Shown one piece after another: positions 25,762 through 35,040 of a DNA stretch of 64,000 bases (positions are counted from its first letter, which is position 1; each line of letters opens with the position of its first letter). The stretch is taken from assembly GCA_944346885.1 (NCBI GenBank), contig CALVMR010000022.1, forward strand, positions 5,924 through 69,923, written 5' to 3'. The translations under genes were made by a program, and so were the position numbers. Below the pieces are notes generated by a model. That model did no database searches and had not been told where the DNA came from. It was given only the letters and a program-made list of their open reading frames with translations. This DNA is from an uncultured Clostridia bacterium. GTDB taxonomy: Bacteria > Bacillota > Clostridia > Christensenellales > Borkfalkiaceae.

Positions 25762-26613
25762 TCACCCTTTGTGCTCCGCCACGGGGTGCAGGTGTTTGAG
25801 CGAAAGATCCAAAATGCCCGCCGAATGGGTAAGCGCGCCGCTGGATACGATATCCGCCCCGATCCCGCACAGCCGCGCAAGGTTCTCCTCGGTCACGTTG
25901 CCGGAGATCTCCACGAGCGCCCTGCCGCCGATGCGCCGCACCGCCTCTTTCATCTCGGCGTCGCTCATGTTATCCAGCATGATGATATCCGCGCCCGCCT
26001 CCAACGCCTCCTGCACCTGGGCGAGCGTTTCGGTTTCCACTTCCACTTTCATCGTAAAAGGCGCATGCCGCTTTGCCGCTTCCACCGCCTTGCGCACGCC
26101 GCCCGCCGCGCCGATGTGGTTATCCTTTAACAGCACCGCGTCCGAAAGGTTGTAGCGGTGGTTCCCGCCCCCGCCCACGCGCACGGCGTACTTTTCACCC
26201 AGGCGCATGTTGGGCGTGGTCTTGCGCGTATCCACAAGGCGCAGCCCGCTGCCTTGCAGCAGCGCGCACATGCGCGCCGTTTCGGTGGCGATGCCGCTCA
26301 TGCGCTGCAAAAAGTTGAGCGCGGTGCGCTCCGCCGTAAGAATGGCGCGCATATCCCCCGTAACGGAAGCGAGCAGCTGCCCCGCTTCCACGCGGTCTCC
26401 GTCGGCGGCGAAAAATTTGATCTCGATTTGCTCGTCCAAGATCGCAAACGTGCGCGCAAAGACGGGCAGCCCCGCCACGACGCCCGCCTGCTTGGCGATA
26501 AGATCCGCCGTGCCGCGCACGTACGCGGGCAGCACCGACGCGGTGGAAACATCCTCCCCCGTCACGTCCTCGGCAAGCGCCATGCGGATCAGTTTTTCCG
26601 CCTGTATCTTCAT
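25762..26613 (-). CDS. nadC: Nicotinate-nucleotide diphosphorylase (quinolinate phosphoribosyltransferase)
   Basis: Start set at ATG 26613 (MKIQAEKLIRMALAEDVTGEDVST). Motifs: TERTALNFLQRMSGIAT, DTRKTTPNMR, GGGNHR, IMLDNM. Confidence 0.88.
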   Translation of the reverse strand: MKIQAEKLIRMALAEDVTGEDVSTASVLPAYVRGTADLIAKQAGVVAGLPVFARTFAILDEQIEIKFFAADGDRVEAGQLLASVTGDMRAILTAERTALNFLQRMSGIATETARMCALLQGSGLRLVDTRKTTPNMRLGEKYAVRVGGGGNHRYNLSDAVLLKDNHIGAAGGVRKAVEAAKRHAPFTMKVEVETETLAQVQEALEAGADIIMLDNMSDAEMKEAVRRIGGRALVEISGNVTEENLARLCGIGADIVSSGALTHSAGILDLSLKHLHPVAEHKG

Positions 26614-26623
26614 GGAAATATCG

Positions 26624-27916
26624 TCAATCACAGCATTCCTCCCTTTCCGCCTCTTCCCGAACGGCGTCGGCATACGCCTGTTTGAGCGCGGTATAATTTT
26701 GGTACATACGTTTATCGGAAACGGGGAACCGCCCGATCCCCAGCCCGCGCACCGCCGCCATCGCCTTTGCCGCCCGCTTTGCCCAAATCAAACTTTCGAG
26801 CAGCGAATTGCTTGCCAGGCGATTGCGCCCGTGCACGCCGTTGCACGCCGTTTCCCCCGCGGCGAACAGCCGCTTCATGCTTGTTTTTCCGTTTAGGTCT
26901 ACCTTAACGCCTCCCATAAAATAGTGCTGGGCGGGCACGACGGGAACGGGTTCTTTGAGTACGTCGAAGCCCTTTTCGCGGCAGTGCGCGCAGATGGTGG
27001 GAAAATGCTCTTCCAGCACCGTTTTCCCGACGGGGCGCATATCCAGCCAAACATGGTCGGTACCGTCCTTTTGCATCTGCTCGCGGATCTCGCCCGTCAC
27101 CACGTCGCGCGGCATGAGCTCGTTGCAAAAGCGGTTCCCGTTTTTATCCAAAAGCACCGCGCCTTCCCCGCGGACCGATTCCGAGATGAGAAAGCGCCGC
27201 CCCTCTTCCGCCGTGTAAAACGTGGTGGGATGGATCTGCACATAGTTTACATGCTCCACATGCACGCCGCGGCGCAGCGCAATGGCGAGCGCATCCCCCG
27301 TAAGGTGGCGGAAATTGGTCGAATCTTTGTACAGCCCGCCCACGCCGCCCGTGGCGAGCAGGGTAAAATCCGCGTAAATATCCTCCGTGCCGCCCGTTGC
27401 CGCATCGCGCACGACGCCGCCGAAGCACTCGTTGCCTTCGGCGAGCAGGTCGATAAGCTCCGCGTTTTCGCGGACGGTCACGTTGGGCAGGGCGCGCACC
27501 GCGGCAAGCAGGTGCGACGTGATCTCTTTGCCCGTTTCGTCTCCGTGGAAGAGGATGCGCGGCCGCCTGTGCCCGCCCTCGCGGGTAAAGCGGAAGTTCC
27601 CCGCCCCGTCCCGCGCGAAGCGCACCCCGTAGGAGACGAGCTCCGCGATCATGGCGGGCGAACTTTCGATCATCGTCCGCACGGCGGCGGGGTCGTTTTC
27701 GTAATGCCCCGCGCGGACGGTATCTTCAAAATAGCCGAAAAAATCCTCTTTTCCGCGCAGCATGCAGATGCCGCCCTGCGCCAAAAAGGAATCGCTTTCG
27801 TCCGCCTTTGCCTTGCTCAGCAGCAAGACCTGCATATCCGCAGGCAAATTGAGCGCACAGCAAAGCCCCGCTACGCCCGTGCCTGCGATCAGTACATTGT
27901 AATCCGCTTTTCTCAT
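26624..27916 (-). CDS. nadB: L-aspartate oxidase
   Basis: Start set at ATG 27916 (MRKADYNVLIAGTGVAGL, an FAD dinucleotide fold). Also AQGGI, HPTT..., RGEGAVL and GLFAAGE-like LFAAGETACNGVHGRNRLASNSLLE. Confidence 0.88.
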   Translation of the reverse strand: MRKADYNVLIAGTGVAGLCCALNLPADMQVLLLSKAKADESDSFLAQGGICMLRGKEDFFGYFEDTVRAGHYENDPAAVRTMIESSPAMIAELVSYGVRFARDGAGNFRFTREGGHRRPRILFHGDETGKEITSHLLAAVRALPNVTVRENAELIDLLAEGNECFGGVVRDAATGGTEDIYADFTLLATGGVGGLYKDSTNFRHLTGDALAIALRRGVHVEHVNYVQIHPTTFYTAEEGRRFLISESVRGEGAVLLDKNGNRFCNELMPRDVVTGEIREQMQKDGTDHVWLDMRPVGKTVLEEHFPTICAHCREKGFDVLKEPVPVVPAQHYFMGGVKVDLNGKTSMKRLFAAGETACNGVHGRNRLASNSLLESLIWAKRAAKAMAAVRGLGIGRFPVSDKRMYQNYTALKQAYADAVREEAEREECCD

Positions 27917-27998
27917 TTTTTGCCGTTTTTTGCTCCTTTCCCCGCCTCGCCGCCCCGCGGCGGGGCTGCCGAAAGCATTTTTGCCTGCCCGCGCGCCC

Positions 27999-28895
27999 TC
28001 AGCCGCCCAATTCGAGCATGCGCTGCAAAGGCAGGCGGGCGCGGGCAGCAAGCTCTTCGGAAACGAACACTTCGCCGGAGCCCTCTTTCAGGCAGGCGAG
28101 CACCCCCTCCGCCGTGATCTTTTTCATATCCGCGCAGACGGGCGCGGCGGGATAAAACCGCTTGCCGGGGCACTGTCGCCGAAGCTCGTACAAAACGCCC
28201 GGTTCGGTGACGACGATAAATTCGGGAAGATCGCTCGCCTTGGCGGCGGCGATCAGCTGCGCCGTGCTGCCCAAAAAGTCTGCCTGCGCGCGCACTTCGG
28301 CAACGCACTCCGGGTGCGCGAGAACGCAGGCGCGCGGGTGCGCGCGCCGCGCCGCCTGCACGCCCTCCTCCGTAACGGCGGCATGCACGGGGCAATACCC
28401 GCCCGAAAAAAAGAAGTTTTTGCCCGGCACCTGCGCGCGCACATAGGCGCCGAGGTTCGCATCCGGGATGAACAAAATGTTTCGGTTAGGAAGGGCAGAA
28501 ACGATCTTTACCGCATTGGAAGAGGTGACGCACACGTCGCTCTCCGCCTTCAACGCCGCGTCCGAATTGACATAGCACACAACGGCAAGGTCGCGCACGC
28601 TGCGGCGCAGTTCTTCGATCCGCGCAACGTCCGCCATGTGCGCCATGGGGCAATCCGCCGCGGGTGCGGGCATAAAGACGCGCGCGGCGGGGCTTAGGAT
28701 CTTGGCGCTCTCCGCCATAAACCGCACCCCGCAGAACACGACGCTGCTCCTCTTTTCACGCGCGGCGAGCTTGGCAAGATAGTAGCTATCCCCCACGAAG
28801 TCGGCAAGCGCCTGCACCTCTTCGGGCGCGTAATAGTGCGCCAAAATGAGCGCGCCGCGCTCTTTTTTGTACCTCTGTATCTCTTCCGTGACCAT
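27999..28895 (-). CDS. nadA: Quinolinate synthase
   Basis: Start set at ATG 28895 (MVTEEIQRYKKERGALILAHYY). Also DFVGDSY, FCGVRFMAESAKIL, VCYVNS, ILFIPDANLG and the cluster-ligand context CPVHA. Confidence 0.88.
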   Translation of the reverse strand: MVTEEIQRYKKERGALILAHYYAPEEVQALADFVGDSYYLAKLAAREKRSSVVFCGVRFMAESAKILSPAARVFMPAPAADCPMAHMADVARIEELRRSVRDLAVVCYVNSDAALKAESDVCVTSSNAVKIVSALPNRNILFIPDANLGAYVRAQVPGKNFFFSGGYCPVHAAVTEEGVQAARRAHPRACVLAHPECVAEVRAQADFLGSTAQLIAAAKASDLPEFIVVTEPGVLYELRRQCPGKRFYPAAPVCADMKKITAEGVLACLKEGSGEVFVSEELAARARLPLQRMLELGG

Positions 28896-28983
28896 ACCGA
28901 TGCTCCTGCCGGCTCTGCGCAGACCCTGCCTGTTTTGCGGCGTGACGCAAAACAGGCAGCCGCGCGGGCTGAAAAGTACACTC

Positions 28984-29012
28984 ACTATACACAAAATATT
29001 GACAGGTGTCAA
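28984..29012 (-). promoter_or_regulatory. nadA operon promoter overlapped by a candidate NiaR operator
   Basis: In minus sense, TTGACA-17 nt-TATAGT. The -35 hexamer is half of the inverted repeat TTGACA-CC-TGTCAA (28999-29012). Confidence 0.6.
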
Positions 29013-29032
29013 GACAATGCGCGCACAAAAAA

Positions 29033-29062
29033 GAAAAAAGCCGCCGTGCGGCGGTTTTTTCA
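29033..29062. terminator. Bidirectional intrinsic terminator downstream of the response-regulator gene
   Basis: AAAAAAGCCGCC-gtgc-GGCGGTTTTTT. Confidence 0.75.
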
Positions 29063-29228
29063 AATTCTGAAAGCCGAAAACGTTTGCGGCGGCGGTTTTA
29101 TTAAGCGGCGGCGGTTTTATCCGGCGGCGCTTCGTAAAAAAGCGCCCGCCCTTTGCCGCACGCGGCGCGCTTTGTGCCCGCACGATCCGATAGCCGCGGC
29201 GCTTTGCGCCCCGCCGAGCGAACCCGCG

Positions 29229-29876
29229 TCAGCCGTTGAGCGCCTCCTTCATCTTTGCGATGGCTTCCGCGCGGTTGTCGCAGCCCAGCTTCAAATAGAT
29301 GGCGGAAATGTAGTTGCGCGCCGTGCCGTCCGAAAGGTTGAGCGCCGAAGCGATCTGGCGGTTGTTGAACCCGTCGAAGAGCATGACGGCGATCTCCGTT
29401 TCCCTTTCCGAAAACCCGAACTCTTTGCGCAGGCGGATCTCGCGGCCGGAGGTGACCATGCGCGCCGCGTCCGTGATCTTGCGGGCGATCTTGGCGGGGA
29501 GGATGGTATCCCCCGCATGGGCGTTTTTCACCGCGTCGATCAGCGCGGGCGCGCTGATATCCTTTAACAAATAGCCGCATGCGCCGTTGTTGAGCGCGCT
29601 CAAAATATAGTCGCTGTCGTCAAACGTGGTCAAGATGAGCACTTTCACGTTCGGGTAGCGTTTTTTGATCTCCCCCGTGGTGACGACGCCGTTCATGACG
29701 GGCATGCGGATATCGAGCAGCACCACATCCGGCACCTCTTTTTGCATGCTTTCCAGCGCTTTTTGCCCGTTTTCCGCAATGGCGATGACTTCCAGCTCAC
29801 CCGAAGAGGCAAGCACGCTGCGGATCCCCTCGGCAAGGATCGCCTGATCGTCTACGATCATAACTTTGATCTTCAT
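29229..29876 (-). CDS. Response regulator, NarL/LuxR (DegU/LiaR-like) family
   Basis: REC domain MKIKVMIVDDQ...VVLLDIRMP...KVLILT. The LuxR HTH is FSERETEIAVMLFDGFNNRQIASALNLSDGTARNYISAIYLKLG. Confidence 0.88.
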   Translation of the reverse strand: MKIKVMIVDDQAILAEGIRSVLASSGELEVIAIAENGQKALESMQKEVPDVVLLDIRMPVMNGVVTTGEIKKRYPNVKVLILTTFDDSDYILSALNNGACGYLLKDISAPALIDAVKNAHAGDTILPAKIARKITDAARMVTSGREIRLRKEFGFSERETEIAVMLFDGFNNRQIASALNLSDGTARNYISAIYLKLGCDNRAEAIAKMKEALNG

Positions 29877-31183
29877 ACGCTTTCGCTCCCTAACTTATCC
29901 CGTTTGACGCTGCGCGGCAGGCTGAGCCGTATTTCAAACCCCTCCCCCTCCTCGGAGGAGAAGTTGACCATGCCGCCCAGCGCCTCCGCTTTGGCGCGCA
30001 TACCGCTGAGCCCGAACCCCTCTTTAAACTTTGTTTTTTCCACGCCCTTTCCGTTATCCGAAAAGAAAAACTCTATAAAATTCCCTTCGTCTTTGAGTTC
30101 AAACAAAAATGCCGTGCCGCCGCCGTGGCGGATGCCGTTGGCAAGGCACTCGTGCAGCGTGCTCGCCAAAAACCGCTCCGCCTCGTCGGAGAGTTCTACG
30201 TCGTCGATAATGCTGCGGATGCGCAGGTCCGTCCCCGCGACCGACTCTTCCAAAATGGTCTCCAAATATTCTTTGAACGTAACGTTTTCGCGCTTGCCGG
30301 ATAAAAGGTGCACGCTTGCGCGCAGCTGTTCGAGGCAGTTTTTTGCCTGCACGTTCGCCGCGGAGATGCATTGCAGCGCCTTGTTTTGGTCCTTGCCGAG
30401 GGCAAGGCGCGCCGCCTCCGTTTGCACGATCACGGTGGTGAGCGAATGCCCCGCCGTATCGTGGATCTCCTTGGCGATGCGGTTGCGCTCTTCGATGACG
30501 GTCGCCTCTTCCAATTTATCGTAGGCGCGCAGCAGTTCGTTGCGGTTTTCTTCCAGCTCGCGCAGGTTTTCTTCGATCTGCTTGTTTTTGCGCACGACGA
30601 TCATCGCAAAATTGAAGATGACGAAGTGCAGCACGCACACCGTGAGCGCCGTAAAATACTCCGAAGAAATGGCGAAGGCGTTGGCAAGCTCGCGCCGAAT
30701 GGCAAAAAACACGACGTTTGTAAGGGTATACAGCCCGAAATTCACGCCGAACATGGCGGCGTCGTCACGAAGAGAGGGCGCGGAGAGGTAGAACTCGGAG
30801 AGCACCACGGCGTACGAAAGGTAGGCGTACGCCTCCGAAAAGAGGGTGAGCGCCGTCAACAGCACCGAATCCGCCACATACCAGCCGATCTTTCCACGAA
30901 AACTTTTGCAGACGAAAATTTTCATCGCCAAGGAAAAGAGCAGCGCCGCCGAAATGCCGACGGTGATATAGGCGAAAACAACGCCCTCCCAATGCCGCCC
31001 TTCCACGACGGGGAACGCGGCAAACGACCCGAAGGACGTAAGCGAAACGACCAGCCCCGCCAAAGCCAGCAACACCAGCAAGATGATGCGGATCAGCCGC
31101 ATCATGTTCCGCTCGGTGATCCGTTTTTTATGCGGGCGCTCTTCCGCTACGGGCGAGGCGCCCGCCTGTTTCGGCGCGCTCAT
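29873..31183 (-). CDS. Sensor histidine kinase, HisKA_3 (DesK/LiaS-like) with a polytopic N-terminal domain
   Basis: H-box IAKEIHDTAGHSLT. The ATPase motifs are NGIRHGG, DNGKG and GFGLSGMR. A start at ATG 31183 overlaps the gltX stop (ATGA). An alternative start is MMRLIRI at 31105. There is a 4-nt overlap with the response regulator (29873-29876). Confidence 0.8.
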   Translation of the reverse strand: MSAPKQAGASPVAEERPHKKRITERNMMRLIRIILLVLLALAGLVVSLTSFGSFAAFPVVEGRHWEGVVFAYITVGISAALLFSLAMKIFVCKSFRGKIGWYVADSVLLTALTLFSEAYAYLSYAVVLSEFYLSAPSLRDDAAMFGVNFGLYTLTNVVFFAIRRELANAFAISSEYFTALTVCVLHFVIFNFAMIVVRKNKQIEENLRELEENRNELLRAYDKLEEATVIEERNRIAKEIHDTAGHSLTTVIVQTEAARLALGKDQNKALQCISAANVQAKNCLEQLRASVHLLSGKRENVTFKEYLETILEESVAGTDLRIRSIIDDVELSDEAERFLASTLHECLANGIRHGGGTAFLFELKDEGNFIEFFFSDNGKGVEKTKFKEGFGLSGMRAKAEALGGMVNFSSEEGEGFEIRLSLPRSVKRDKLGSESV

Positions 31184-32625
31184 GCTTCGCCGCGCAGCCA
31201 TGCCTGCGCCTTTTGAAGCCGTGCAAGGCTCTCTTCCTGCCCCAAAAGCTCCGCCATTTCGCTGGCGCCGCCGGGCGTGCTCTCCCTGCCGGTGAGCGCG
31301 ATGCGCACGCACCAAAGCACCTGCCCGTTTTTCATGCCGAGGCGCTGCGCCAGCGCCACGAGCGCCTCATAAACGGGCGTGTTTGTGAAGTCGGAGAGAG
31401 AAGCCAGCACCCGTTCCGCCTCCGGCAAAACGGCGCGCGCCACGTCTGCATCCGTCTTCATCTTTTTGTTTTGGTACAGAGCGGGGTCGAACGGTTGGTA
31501 TGCGGCAAGAAAATCCAGCTTTTCGGGGATCTCGCTCAAAATTTCGACGCGCGGCTGCACGAGGCGCAGCAGCGCCGCCGCATCGAACTTGCCGTACGCC
31601 TTGCTCTGCCTTAAAAACGGCTCCGCGGCTTCGGCAAACCGCTCCGCGCTCATGGCGCGCACATATTCACCCGAAAGCCAGCGCAGCTTCGGCTCGTCGA
31701 AAATGGAGGGCGCTTTGTGCAGCCCGGAGAGCGAAAAGGCTTCGATCATTTCGGCAAGGCTCATCTTTTCGCGGTTGCCGCCGGGGTTCCAGCCCAGCAG
31801 CGCGATGTAATTTACGATCGCCTCGCGTATGTAGCCCTTTGCCACCAAGTCCTGAAAACTTGCGTCTCCATTGCGTTTGGAGAGCTTTTCGCGGGCGTTT
31901 TTCATGATGGGCGGCAGATGGATGTAGGCGGGCCGCTCCCAGCCGAACGCATCGTAGATCAAATTGTATTTGGGTGTAGACGAGAGGTATTCGCTGCCGC
32001 GGATGACGTGCGTGATGCCCATCAGATGATCGTCTACCACGTTGGCGAAATTGTAGGTGGGCAGCCCGTCGCTTTTGAGCAGAACGCCGTCCTCGATCTC
32101 TTTGTACTCCACGGTGACGGCGCCGTACACGAGATCTTCGTAGCTGCCGACGCCCTCTTCGGGCACGTTTTGGCGGATCACATAGGGCTCGCCCGCGGCA
32201 AGCCGCGCCGCCACTTCCTCTTTGGAGAGGTGCAGGCAGTGCTTATCGTACCGCCCGACGCCGTTTTCGTCCTTTAACGAATCCAGCCGCTCTTTTCCGC
32301 AAAAACAATAGTACGCCCCGCCCAGTTCTACCAGCTTTTGCGCATATTCCTTGTAAATAGCGGCGCGCTCGCTTTGGATGTACGGGCCGCAGTTTCCGCC
32401 CATGCCGGGGCCTTCGTCACAGGCGATGCCCGCCTCGGCAAGGGTCTCGTAAATGACGCGCACCGCGTCCTCCACATAGCGGCTGCTATCCGTATCTTCG
32501 ATGCGCAGGATGAATTTTCCGCCCGCCTTTTTGGCGAACAGATACCCGTACAGCGCCGTGCGCAGGTTTCCGATATGCATGTACCCCGTGGGGCTGGGCG
32601 CAAAGCGCGTTCTTACTTCCTTCAT
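31180..32625 (-). CDS. gltX: Glutamate--tRNA ligase
   Basis: Start set at ATG 32625 (MKEVRTRFAPSPTGYMHIGNLRTALY, the HIGH motif). The KMSKS-like motif is KLSKRNG. Confidence 0.92.
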   Translation of the reverse strand: MKEVRTRFAPSPTGYMHIGNLRTALYGYLFAKKAGGKFILRIEDTDSSRYVEDAVRVIYETLAEAGIACDEGPGMGGNCGPYIQSERAAIYKEYAQKLVELGGAYYCFCGKERLDSLKDENGVGRYDKHCLHLSKEEVAARLAAGEPYVIRQNVPEEGVGSYEDLVYGAVTVEYKEIEDGVLLKSDGLPTYNFANVVDDHLMGITHVIRGSEYLSSTPKYNLIYDAFGWERPAYIHLPPIMKNAREKLSKRNGDASFQDLVAKGYIREAIVNYIALLGWNPGGNREKMSLAEMIEAFSLSGLHKAPSIFDEPKLRWLSGEYVRAMSAERFAEAAEPFLRQSKAYGKFDAAALLRLVQPRVEILSEIPEKLDFLAAYQPFDPALYQNKKMKTDADVARAVLPEAERVLASLSDFTNTPVYEALVALAQRLGMKNGQVLWCVRIALTGRESTPGGASEMAELLGQEESLARLQKAQAWLRGEA

Positions 32626-33323
32626 TTTCTTCCTCCTTGCCCCGGCTCGTACCCGCCGAGCAGGCGCTCCAATCTGCCGCTGCAATAATAACTGAACGAA
32701 CCCTTTTCGGTATAAACGACGCTGTCACACAGCCGCGTGCCGTTTGCGGCGCACAGCCGCCCGATCTCGCACACGGCGGCATCGTCCTCTTCGGACGGGT
32801 GCATGTCTCCGCTGGGATGGTTGTGCGCCACGATCAGCCCATACGGATGCATCTGCGAAAGCAAAAAGCTGATGAACCTTGCGTTTACGCGCACCGCTTC
32901 GAACGAAGTATCGCGCACCGATTCGAGGTAGGTCATTTCCCCTCTCTCGTTCAGGCAATACAGTTCCAGCTTCTCTTTTTCCGCACCCTTGAACCGCCGC
33001 GCGATAAAGGCGCCTGTATCCGAAAAGTTGAAAAATCGCGGGCGGGAGGACGCCGCGCGGATGCGGCGGTACACCGTGCCGACCAGCGAAAGAAACTCTG
33101 CCGTGCGCGTGCCGACGCCTTTGAGCGTGCCCAACAGCGCCACGGGCGCTTCCAGCACGCCGGAAAGATCGCAAAACGCTTCCAGCAGGCTGTGCGCTAC
33201 GGGGTTGGTATCCCGCCTGTCGATGCAATAATACAGCAAGATCTCCAAAAGTTCGTGATCGGTCAGAGATCCTTCGTCCGCAAAGAGTTTGTCGCGCATG
33301 CGCTCCCTGTGCCCTTCGTGCAT
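32622..33323 (-). CDS. radC: RadC-family JAB/MPN domain protein
   Basis: N-terminal HhH-like region (LTDHELLEILL). The JAMM motif is IVAHNHPSGDMHPSEED. There is a 4-nt overlap with the gltX start. Confidence 0.8.
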   Translation of the reverse strand: MHEGHRERMRDKLFADEGSLTDHELLEILLYYCIDRRDTNPVAHSLLEAFCDLSGVLEAPVALLGTLKGVGTRTAEFLSLVGTVYRRIRAASSRPRFFNFSDTGAFIARRFKGAEKEKLELYCLNERGEMTYLESVRDTSFEAVRVNARFISFLLSQMHPYGLIVAHNHPSGDMHPSEEDDAAVCEIGRLCAANGTRLCDSVVYTEKGSFSYYCSGRLERLLGGYEPGQGGRK

Positions 33324-33546
33324 AGACCCTTCCTCTGCCGTAAACAGTCGCCCGAAAACGGACCTCGATAAAACACGCTTATTTTAGCATATCCGCCGCC
33401 GTTTGTAAACTTTTTCGCACCGCCGTGCCCGATTTCGGAGAAACCGCCCCGCACCGCGCCCGAACGCGGCACGGGCAAAGCGGGGCGCCCAAGAGCGCGC
33501 AAACGGCGCTTTATGCAGTAGAAACGGCGCTTTAACTGGCGCAAAC

Positions 33547-33585
33547 GGAAAAATGCGGGGCGGGCGCCTGCCGCGCCCGCCCCGC
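33547..33585 (-). terminator. Intrinsic terminator after the M23 peptidase gene
   Basis: 13-bp GC stem GCGGGGCGGGCGC / GCGCCCGCCCCGC, followed in minus sense by ATTTTTCC. Confidence 0.75.
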
Positions 33586-33607
33586 GATAAGGAGGGAGAA
33601 TGAACGT

Positions 33608-34285
33608 TTATTTTTCCTCGTAATCGAGGTACGAGGCAGGGTCTATCTGCTTTTCGCCCTGCAACACTTCAAAGTGCAGGTGCGGGCCTTCGGCGTATTC
33701 GTTGCCCATCACGTCCGCCGCGGCGGAAACGGTGCCGATGGCCTCGCCCTGCGCAACGCTATCTCCCGCGCGCAGCCCCGAAGCCGCATCGACGGAGGCG
33801 TACACGGTGCACAGCCCGTTGCCGTGGTCGAGCACGATCTTGCCCCCTTCGAGAATGTTTTCGGTGACGCTTTTAACGGTGCCCGCATACGCCGCCGTCA
33901 CTTCGGTGCCCGCCTCGGCGGCAAAATCGACGCCCGTGTGCAGGCAGTAGCGGTTGAGCGTGGAATTGAACCAAAACGCGAACGATTCGCTGACCTGCGC
34001 CTCTTCGACGGGCATAGAGAACACGACTTCGGTCACGGTACCCTGCCCGTCGTCCTCCTCATCGTCGTCCGGCGGGGCGGGCTGTTCCTCGTCCGCAGGG
34101 TCGTCTGCAAAGTCGTTGCCCTGCGGCGCCAAAAACACCGCCATGAGCACCACTGCCGCCACGAGCACGAGCGCGCACGCCGCCACCGCGGCGTAGTACA
34201 GCTTTCCGTGCCTGTTTTTTGCCTTTTCTGCCGCCGCCTCTTCCTGTGCGGGCTCGGCAAACGTTTCCGTCTTTTTGCGTTTCAT
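33608..34285 (-). CDS. M23/LytM-family metallopeptidase, membrane-anchored
   Basis: An N-terminal TM helix and an acidic linker, then HTGVDFAAEAGTEV and GPHLHFEV (the HxxxD and HxH zinc motifs). Confidence 0.82.
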   Translation of the reverse strand: MKRKKTETFAEPAQEEAAAEKAKNRHGKLYYAAVAACALVLVAAVVLMAVFLAPQGNDFADDPADEEQPAPPDDDEEDDGQGTVTEVVFSMPVEEAQVSESFAFWFNSTLNRYCLHTGVDFAAEAGTEVTAAYAGTVKSVTENILEGGKIVLDHGNGLCTVYASVDAASGLRAGDSVAQGEAIGTVSAAADVMGNEYAEGPHLHFEVLQGEKQIDPASYLDYEEK

Positions 34286-34361
34286 AACCTATCCTCCAAA
34301 GATTTGTGCTCTGATTGTTCCCCGCTTTTTCCCCGCTTATACCTGCGCCGGAAAAATTTTT

Positions 34362-34814
34362 TCAGTATCCGCCGAAAATAAGGGGATAGCCCACGCTTGC
34401 GCTCTGCCCGCGCACGGCAACGTGCAGGTTGACGCGCATGCCGCCGAGCACGACCCCGCCCGCAAGCCGCGGGGTATAGTAATAATAGTCGTGCACGTCC
34501 GCGCTCTTTTGTTCCAAAACGAGTTCCGCGCCGTATTTTTCCGCCTGCGAAAAGGCGTCGGCGGCGTCGGCAAAGCGGGCGCTTTCTCCCGTATAGTTTT
34601 GCAGCGTCAGCCGCACGAGCGCCGCCTCTTCGGGGGAGGCGGACGTGATCTTCGCCTGCGAACTTGCGCTCTGCGAATAAAAGGTGTAGCGCTCCGCGCC
34701 CAGAAACAGCAGCGGCTTATCCAGCCACTGCGGCAAAAACAGCAAAAATGCGCAGACGAGCGCAGACAAAAAAACGGCGGCGCACCAAGCGGCGCGCCTT
34801 GTTTTGGCGGACAT
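34362..34814 (-). CDS. Hypothetical membrane-anchored protein
   Basis: 150 aa with one N-terminal TM helix (AAWCAAVFLSALVCAFLLFL) and a GGAGG RBS. No motif recognised. Confidence 0.5.
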   Translation of the reverse strand: MSAKTRRAAWCAAVFLSALVCAFLLFLPQWLDKPLLFLGAERYTFYSQSASSQAKITSASPEEAALVRLTLQNYTGESARFADAADAFSQAEKYGAELVLEQKSADVHDYYYYTPRLAGGVVLGGMRVNLHVAVRGQSASVGYPLIFGGY

Positions 34815-35040
34815 ACAAAAACGCCTCCTTCCGGAAGCGTTTATTGCCTGCTTTGCGGGGATCTATACCCGCCGGCGGTTTTTTAAAGAAAAGGGGTGGG
34901 TTTGCCCTCAAATCGCAGGATCGCGGCGGCTGCGCCGCCGTCAACTTCGCCGATTTTGTATAAATTCCTGCATGCAGCCGCTTCGCAAAACCGGCTTCGT
35001 TAGCCGCAGCATCTTTGTGCGAGAAACGCGCGGACCCCTT

